Of a stretch of DNA of 64,000 nucleotides, positions 58,201 through 64,000 are shown piece by piece. The notes beneath the pieces were generated by a model, which was not told the origin of the DNA, ran no database searches, and saw nothing but the letters and a program-made list of their open reading frames with translations. Made by a program: the position numbers and the translations under genes. Position 1 is the first letter of the stretch. Each line of letters opens with the position of its first letter. Source of the DNA: Oopsacas minuta (Eukaryota; Animalia; Porifera); contig JAKMXF010000334.1 in NCBI GenBank assembly GCA_024704765.1, positions 62,001 through 126,000 on the forward strand, given 5' to 3'.

Positions 58201-61200
58201 TCAAGTTACACAAGTATAAGATAGAGTTAGAATTAACTAAAATATCATTCGAATAAACAAAACCTTACTAATCACTGAAATGGCAACTAATAAACCTATG
58301 ATAAAACAACTCAACAAGATGGCACAATTCGATGCTGTCGCTACAGAAATCCAACAAACATTCAATCTTCTCATTGCCCAGCTGATCGAGAGGAGGGATG
58401 CCCTCCTCCACCAACTGTCTAAGCTCCAAGAGGACTACACTATCAAGGAGACTGCTCGCAAGGCAGCAATTCAAGAGCTAGAAAAAACTAGAAAACAAAT
58501 GGAAAACACGAGTTTAAAATTTAATGCAAACATTCCAGTACATAACCAAGCTACTATGGTGTATCAACAGGGTCTCCAGGATCTGGAAGCTCCTACAAAA
58601 CTCACATATCCTCTCTTCCAATATTCCACACTACAAACAATTCAATCAGCTATCTCAGAATTCGGGGAGGTCCTAGAGTGGGAGGTACCAGACTATTCAC
58701 TGAAGAAAGTACCTATTCTAATAACTGGTAATAGAGGAAAGGGTAAGAATGAATTTGATGCTGCTGGTCTATTCCTTGATGAAGATAATCATAGAATATA
58801 CATAGCTGATTATGGCAATAGTCGAGTACAAGTTATGTCATTTGAAGGCAAATTCCTTGAAAGTTTCGGAAAAGGCTTCCTAAAGGAACCATACGGAATT
58901 GCTGTTAAGAAAGAATATATCTTCATCACTGACACATCGCATAACTCTCTGTTCAAGTTTTGTAAAAACAAACATGAAATTATGAACAGAACTTGGAGCA
59001 CAAGCAGTGAAGAAGAACAGTTAAATAACCCTGGAGGAATATGTATAGACACAAATGGAGATGTGTTTGTAGTGAATAGAGACAAGCACAGAGTTTCCAT
59101 CTTCTCTACACTACTACAGTACAAATCAAATCTGGGTGTTAAACAGCTGCACCATCCTCAAGATGTTAAGCTTACTCAAGATTGTGTAGTGGTGTTAGAC
59201 TGGAGTCCTAGATGTGTGCATTTATTTTCTAGAAATGGAGACTATCTCAGCTCTTGTATCTCTCAGGGACAGGATCAAAATTGTTTACTATGTTGCCCAC
59301 GGTTTTTCTGTACAGACCTAGCTAGTAATATTATCATAAGCGATACAGGACATCATTCTATCAAAATACTTACACAATCAGGGGAATTCATACACTCCAT
59401 TGGAAAAGGTAAGGGGGAGAAGAGAGGAGAGTTTAATCGTCCGTATGGTATTGGAATTTCTAAATTAGGATTAATATTTGTTCTCTCTTTTAATCCTACC
59501 TACTCATTGCAATGTTTCTAGTTCATTAATAATTAATATGTATGTGTATTCATTAAATTAGCCTCGTAAAGTCGTAATATATTCAATGTAGTAGCATGCA
59601 GTCAGTATAATAACGACTACATTAGTGATATATTATAATCCCATAGACTAATACAAACTATCCAGATACATATTGTGATGCAAATAGTATTCCTCGCGTT
59701 GAACAGAAGTGTTAACAGGGACTGTTAGGGTTACAGTCACAGTCCTACCAAGATGTGTTTTCAAAAGTACATAGAGTAGCCTCATAGTGTAATGAAGTTT
59801 CTCAACCTGTGGTCATATGTCCAAACTTTCCTTTTAGGCTGATTATATGATTTTGGTCTAGTCCAAGTTCTAATCCTATGGCCATTTCGATTTGAAAAAC
59901 AGGCCGACATGGGTGTGGTCAAGTCATGATACACAATTTATACTAATCATGGCCATCACGCGAATTTACCTATTCATATCTCCTACCTGGCAAAGTGTCC
60001 CGATTAATCGGAACCAACTAATTACAAAACTCACTTTGGATTTAGAAGATGGAAACATTCCTGTTCAGCATAAGAGTTGTTTTCAATGTGTAAGAAATCT
60101 GATACTATTTTCTTCAGTAAAGGATTACAAATAGTCTGCGCTATCCTTATTTTCTCATCTACAGTGATTCCATACTCCTACGTACAGATAGAATAGTATT
60201 AGTTATGTCTGTCTGGGCATTATCTTGGACTATATGGGTAGGGGTAGAGCCAGGGTTGAGTTCAAGTTTTAAATATTCAACTAGAAATACGAGTGCAACG
60301 GAAAATGGCGAAAGTGCGTAGTTAGTACAATTGTACTTGAACCCAACCCTGTGTGTACCGGTGTAGGTCGGTGGGAAATAAAGGTCATATTTAGGTACGC
60401 CATTAACCACATGTACATAGCTGAAGGAAGTGGGGAGTGACCTTTACCCAAATTTTCAATAATGTATTATATGGTTACAGTGCTAATAAGCTGCTCCACT
60501 TTTCATAGCCATACCAATAATCTTCTCACCAATTTTCGCGGGCTCCGTACCGGCTTGTCCACTTGTAATAGGTTTTACGGCATTGTTAAATATACGCCTG
60601 CAATAGTCGCCCTACTTCTTTAGAGTTTCTTCTATAAAAATACTTACTTGAGGTATAATAATATCTGCAAGAGCTTTAGACTTATTGTGAAGTTTTGCTG
60701 CATCTTTAAACAAATATTCTCTATATTAATTAAAATATGTATGTTAGTTATTAGCTAACTTAAAGCTTCAAAGTGGATTATATCTAAACAAAAAGTTGCA
60801 CCATTTTGTAAAGCAAAAGGATCGTTGCTTCACAAATGGTCTAATAACTTAAGACAAGGAAGGAGTGTATGTAATTTGCCGGAGTTTCAGTTAACGTTTC
60901 AACTGCTCCTTCATCGAAAATTCCAAATACCCGCTTATATCTAATTCTGAAATCGTACAAATATGATTCCAAACCGTCAAAGTAAGATATTTAATGGATT
61001 ATATCGAATAATTAGCGCGGTCCCTTGAGCTACGATATAACATGAGTTGGCTTATATGTAATTCTTAGATAGAAATGAATTATAATCTCACTTGTTATGC
61101 ATGATATCATACTTAATGCAATCGTAGAGGTCTGGTATCTTGCTTATGTCAAAAGTGTTACTCTTTAAATCGTAGAAGTCCTAATTAAATATATGTGTAT

Positions 61201-63799
61201 TTAGATAAAATATTAACAACAGTAAAATGAACTCATAATTAGCCCAAACTGATTGCTTTATTATCTCACAAACAATCTATTAATGAAATGAGATTAATTT
61301 TTGATCGAGAAATTATTTTACCTTTTTCAACTTTTGCCATCTTTGAATCATCATTTCTAAAACTTCTAAACGTCTCCCTACACAACAAAATATATATCAT
61401 TCTAAGATAATTGCCAACCCTCTGAGGATCCCTGGAAAATCACAGAATTTTACAAGAATTGCAGGAAGACTTTTGAATTCATGTAAATCCTGAAATTCCA
61501 ATTTATGGATGTGAAACAATTTTCGAAAATCCCGGAAAATATGTGTTGGTAAGTATACATTACAGAAAAGGACTGACATGATTCTTTCGTATTAATAAGC
61601 TATCACTTTCTAATTTTTGTGAAACCAACCTTCGCATATTCAACGCGGGTTTAGAATTATATTAAATCGTGCTTCAAATTTTTCATGGATATGGACTGCA
61701 TTTTGTTTGGTAAATATTTCGCATAATCGCGAATTCGCAAGCAAAATTCACGTAAAATATGATTTGCTAATAGACCCCTCTACAGTATATATGCGTATAT
61801 GCGACTTTCATACCATCTTCTAACGAGGATTCTCTCAGTTCTTCTAGATGTTTCACCAGTGAGTGTACTCTCCTGTTAACCTTAATACACTGATCATATG
61901 GATTCCCTATTCGCTTAATTGCTGCTAGTAAGGAGGGAGATCTTGTCGATGCTAACTATTATGATAAATGTATGTGAATATAATCATGTGATCTGATAAT
62001 ATTGGAAGGAATTTGTTGATTTACTATTTAGTAAGGTTTATTACTGTAAATTGAGATTTACTGAACCAGCCAGTCTCTCGGGTCATGGAAAAGCTGACGG
62101 TTTATCTGAAAAGTATCCTCTTACTAACCTGCTCAATCATACCATCATTAAATATCTGATTCGTTTTCATTACTTGATGGAGTCGATTCTTTGCACTAAT
62201 ATTATAGTTAAAACTGATGTGAATACCAGAAAATATAATTACTTACTTAGCCATTATAATATTATCATTACTTGAGGTGTCCAGTAGTGAAGTGCTATCA
62301 TCATCACACTTTACAAGATGAACTAAAGTAGATGGGAGACTCCCTTCTAATTCTAGCATTCCCTATACAGCGTAACATCGATTTAGTAAAGTCGAAGGGG
62401 CATCGCAATCATTACTAAATCGATGATATTTACTATGCATTTTGATGGACGAGATAAGGAATAGTTTTAGAAGTTTTGTAATATGGTTTGGAGTTCAAAT
62501 TATCAATATGGAAAAGTTTGAAAACACTACCTGACTAACTCAGACGGTAGAGTGATATCTTTTCAAAATTTTATGAATCTTTTTGAAATTTGCTAATAAA
62601 TTCAGATTGTTCATTGTTTTAATGTTGAATAATTAAATTCTACATGTTGTATTCAAGTGTATAGTTTGTATTTATACCTTTACGAATGCTGCTGCTGTCA
62701 TTTGTACCCGCCCCTCATCAGAAGCGTATATCTTCAAATCATGTCTGTAAGTGGAATGTAACCGTAGGAATCCAGACCCAAGAATTGAGTTATAGTTTTC
62801 TAATATAATCAATAATGATGATACCTTCATAACAGATATGTCAAAACAAACAAACAAACATCAAAATACATTACCATGATCTCCAGGATATCTAAGTCTG
62901 AAGTATCTTCCTAACTCTTCTGCCTGTGCTTTACCCGTTTTCGTTAACTCTCCACCCCATTTCAATATCAATAAGAAGGAATGTGAATTCGGGTCTTGAT
63001 TACCTATGAATAGGACAAGAAGGGAAATACATATTGCTACAGTGGAGGCTGTGCAAAGGCTGTGGTTCGCGATCGGTTGGTTCAAATGACCTTTGTGCAT
63101 GCATAGCAATAATTTCCACCATACACAATACAACATTGTTGCATGTAACTAATCAGCATCGTGTATGTTGAATTTTCCATGCAAAGCATTGTACCCATAT
63201 TGGCAAGAGTTTCATGCAACAATGCTGTAAGCAACTTGCTGATGGTCATAGGATCATGTTTTATTTTCCTGCAACAATGCAATTTTCATGTAACAAAAGT
63301 TGCATAGTGTACGGTAGGATATACGAATACATGTCTAACGTATATGTAATATTAATACTGTTATTTTGATGTACCATATTTCCCTGAATAAACGCTCGAG
63401 CGTTTATTCTTTTCGTGGGGCATTTTTTCGTACAAATTCTTTACCATTTTATGATACAAAAAGATTCTGAGAAACAAATTATTCTAATTTGTTGCAAGGA
63501 CAAATGAGGCTTAAATTCATCAAGATTATTCTAGAGGTGGTGATTAATTTTTAAACACAGTCTTAGAGCCTTTTTCTTGCCCCGGCGCTTATTCAGGGAA
63601 ATACGGTGTTTGGAATTCACGGTTTCCTTGGAACGACCAATAGATTAATATCGCTTTACTGAACCTGATTTATTTTCGTAAATTTACATTTCCCCAAGAC
63701 GTGGGGGATAATATAACAGAAAGTTACCTAATCTTCCTACCTTTCTTCAACTGTCTCTTCATTTGAATCTTTCTATTAATCCCAGAAAACTTCCCATAC
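52234..63799 (-). CDS. PPIP5K: Inositol hexakisphosphate / diphosphoinositol-pentakisphosphate kinase (C-terminal histidine-phosphatase half); 5' part lies beyond the window
   Basis: Phase-consistent exons 63799-63741 ([12 protein letters not shown]), 63003-62875 ([14 protein letters not shown]), 62799-62678 ([27 protein letters not shown]), 62362-62247, 62195-62129, 61955-61814, 61377-61322, 61180-61092 ([15 protein letters not shown]), 60720-60648, 60177-60035, 54521-54407 ([18 protein letters not shown]), 54059-53830, last exon 52352-52234. Tail exons near 53329-53214, ~53000-52930 and ~52757-52692 are less certain. Confidence 0.93.
52836..52928. mobile_element. MITE with AGGGTTGC..GTGGG TIRs
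   Basis: AGGGTTGCCGTGGGGAATGGAAAT ... ATTCCGTTCCCACTGCAACCCT. A related end lies at ~18615-18635. Confidence 0.6.
54640..55077. mobile_element. Pogo/Tigger-like non-autonomous element, 438 bp
   Basis: TA|CAGGCAGCCCTCGCCGGTCGC ... GCGAACGACAAGGGCTACCTG|TA (TA TSD, ~21-bp TIR). Confidence 0.8.
55320..56559 (+). pseudogene. Coiled-coil + NHL-repeat gene, copy B, single +1 frameshift; nested antisense in a PPIP5K intron
   Basis: At ~56308-56317 it reads GGA CTTGGAA CAAAAT versus GGA CAGGAT CAAAAT in copy C (one extra base). The downstream frame (56254-56559) restores the NHL tail ending NYSLQCF. Confidence 0.85.
58166..58179 (+). promoter_or_regulatory. RFX X-box-like motif upstream of NHL copy C
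   Basis: ATTACCATAGCAAC, 13/14 to GTTACCATAGCAAC, ~100 bp upstream of ATG. Confidence 0.45.
58280..59521 (+). CDS. Coiled-coil + six-blade NHL-repeat protein, copy C (413 aa, intact), intronless, nested antisense in a PPIP5K intron
   Basis: N-terminal coiled coil; blades [64 protein letters not shown]. Confidence 0.9.
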   Translation: MATNKPMIKQLNKMAQFDAVATEIQQTFNLLIAQLIERRDALLHQLSKLQEDYTIKETARKAAIQELEKTRKQMENTSLKFNANIPVHNQATMVYQQGLQDLEAPTKLTYPLFQYSTLQTIQSAISEFGEVLEWEVPDYSLKKVPILITGNRGKGKNEFDAAGLFLDEDNHRIYIADYGNSRVQVMSFEGKFLESFGKGFLKEPYGIAVKKEYIFITDTSHNSLFKFCKNKHEIMNRTWSTSSEEEQLNNPGGICIDTNGDVFVVNRDKHRVSIFSTLLQYKSNLGVKQLHHPQDVKLTQDCVVVLDWSPRCVHLFSRNGDYLSSCISQGQDQNCLLCCPRFFCTDLASNIIISDTGHHSIKILTQSGEFIHSIGKGKGEKRGEFNRPYGIGISKLGLIFVLSFNPTYSLQCF

Positions 63800-64000
63800 C
63801 TAACAAGAATACTAATGTTAAAGAAACTATTATTTATATTGATGGAACAAACATAGAAAACATAAATATTGAAAATAGCACATTAGTATCGATTGTAAGA
63901 TCGGCCCAAAAAATTTTCAGATAATATCGATATTATTTTAATTATGTTATCATTAATAAGTTTGCTTTTTACATTTCTAATACAATTTTCATTTGATTCA

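Noticed and set aside
13395-58474. Many 60-130 aa ORF-track entries (e.g. 13395-13697, 14921-15178, 18748-19065, 28282-28629, 41466-41756, 43999-44751, 45035-45703, 51298-51714, 58268-58474)
   Set aside because: Antisense or alternate-frame shadows of real genes, with no independent motifs.
13399-63799. A biomineralisation gene cluster (PLOD + aquaglyceroporin + PPIP5K + CYTH protein)
   Set aside because: The genes are tens of kb apart among unrelated housekeeping genes; nothing in the sequence links them.

Overview
AT-rich eukaryotic (animal) genomic DNA with short spliceosomal introns. Gene content points to a sponge, plausibly a glass sponge (hexactinellid): paralogous TRAF-like and coiled-coil/NHL genes, a small Maf-like bZIP, many intronless genes. 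This taxon call is inference only. Most ORF-track entries are noise, antisense shadows or exon fragments. I rebuilt three intron-rich host genes by hand with consistent splice phases. (1) VPS53 (+, 13 exons, 3345-18293; 5' exons not found). (2) A TTD14-like P-loop/CYTH protein (-, 12 exons, 21376-27806). (3) PPIP5K/VIP1 (-, 52234 to beyond the window end). Each carries other genes inside one large intron: an intronless PLOD (collagen lysyl hydroxylase) plus an NHL relic in VPS53, NHL copy A in TTD14-like, NHL copies B and C in PPIP5K. Other genes: Maf-like bZIP, TRIM-like coiled-coil-NHL, GrpE, RPS16, an unnamed multi-exon coiled-coil gene, a divergent Rab-like GTPase next to PPM1H-type PP2C, a head-to-head TRAF pair, TMEM39, an aquaglyceroporin and a 2-Cys peroxiredoxin. 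Pogo/Tigger-like and hAT-like MITEs are dense. Best leads: (a) the aquaglyceroporin has an A-G-G-R selectivity filter lacking both aromatic residues, resembling plant Lsi1 silicic-acid channels; (b) the intron-nested NHL family shows patchwork sequence exchange, variation concentrated in propeller top-face loops, single-lesion pseudogenes and a shared RFX-like upstream motif. No rRNA, tRNA or CRISPR array was seen.
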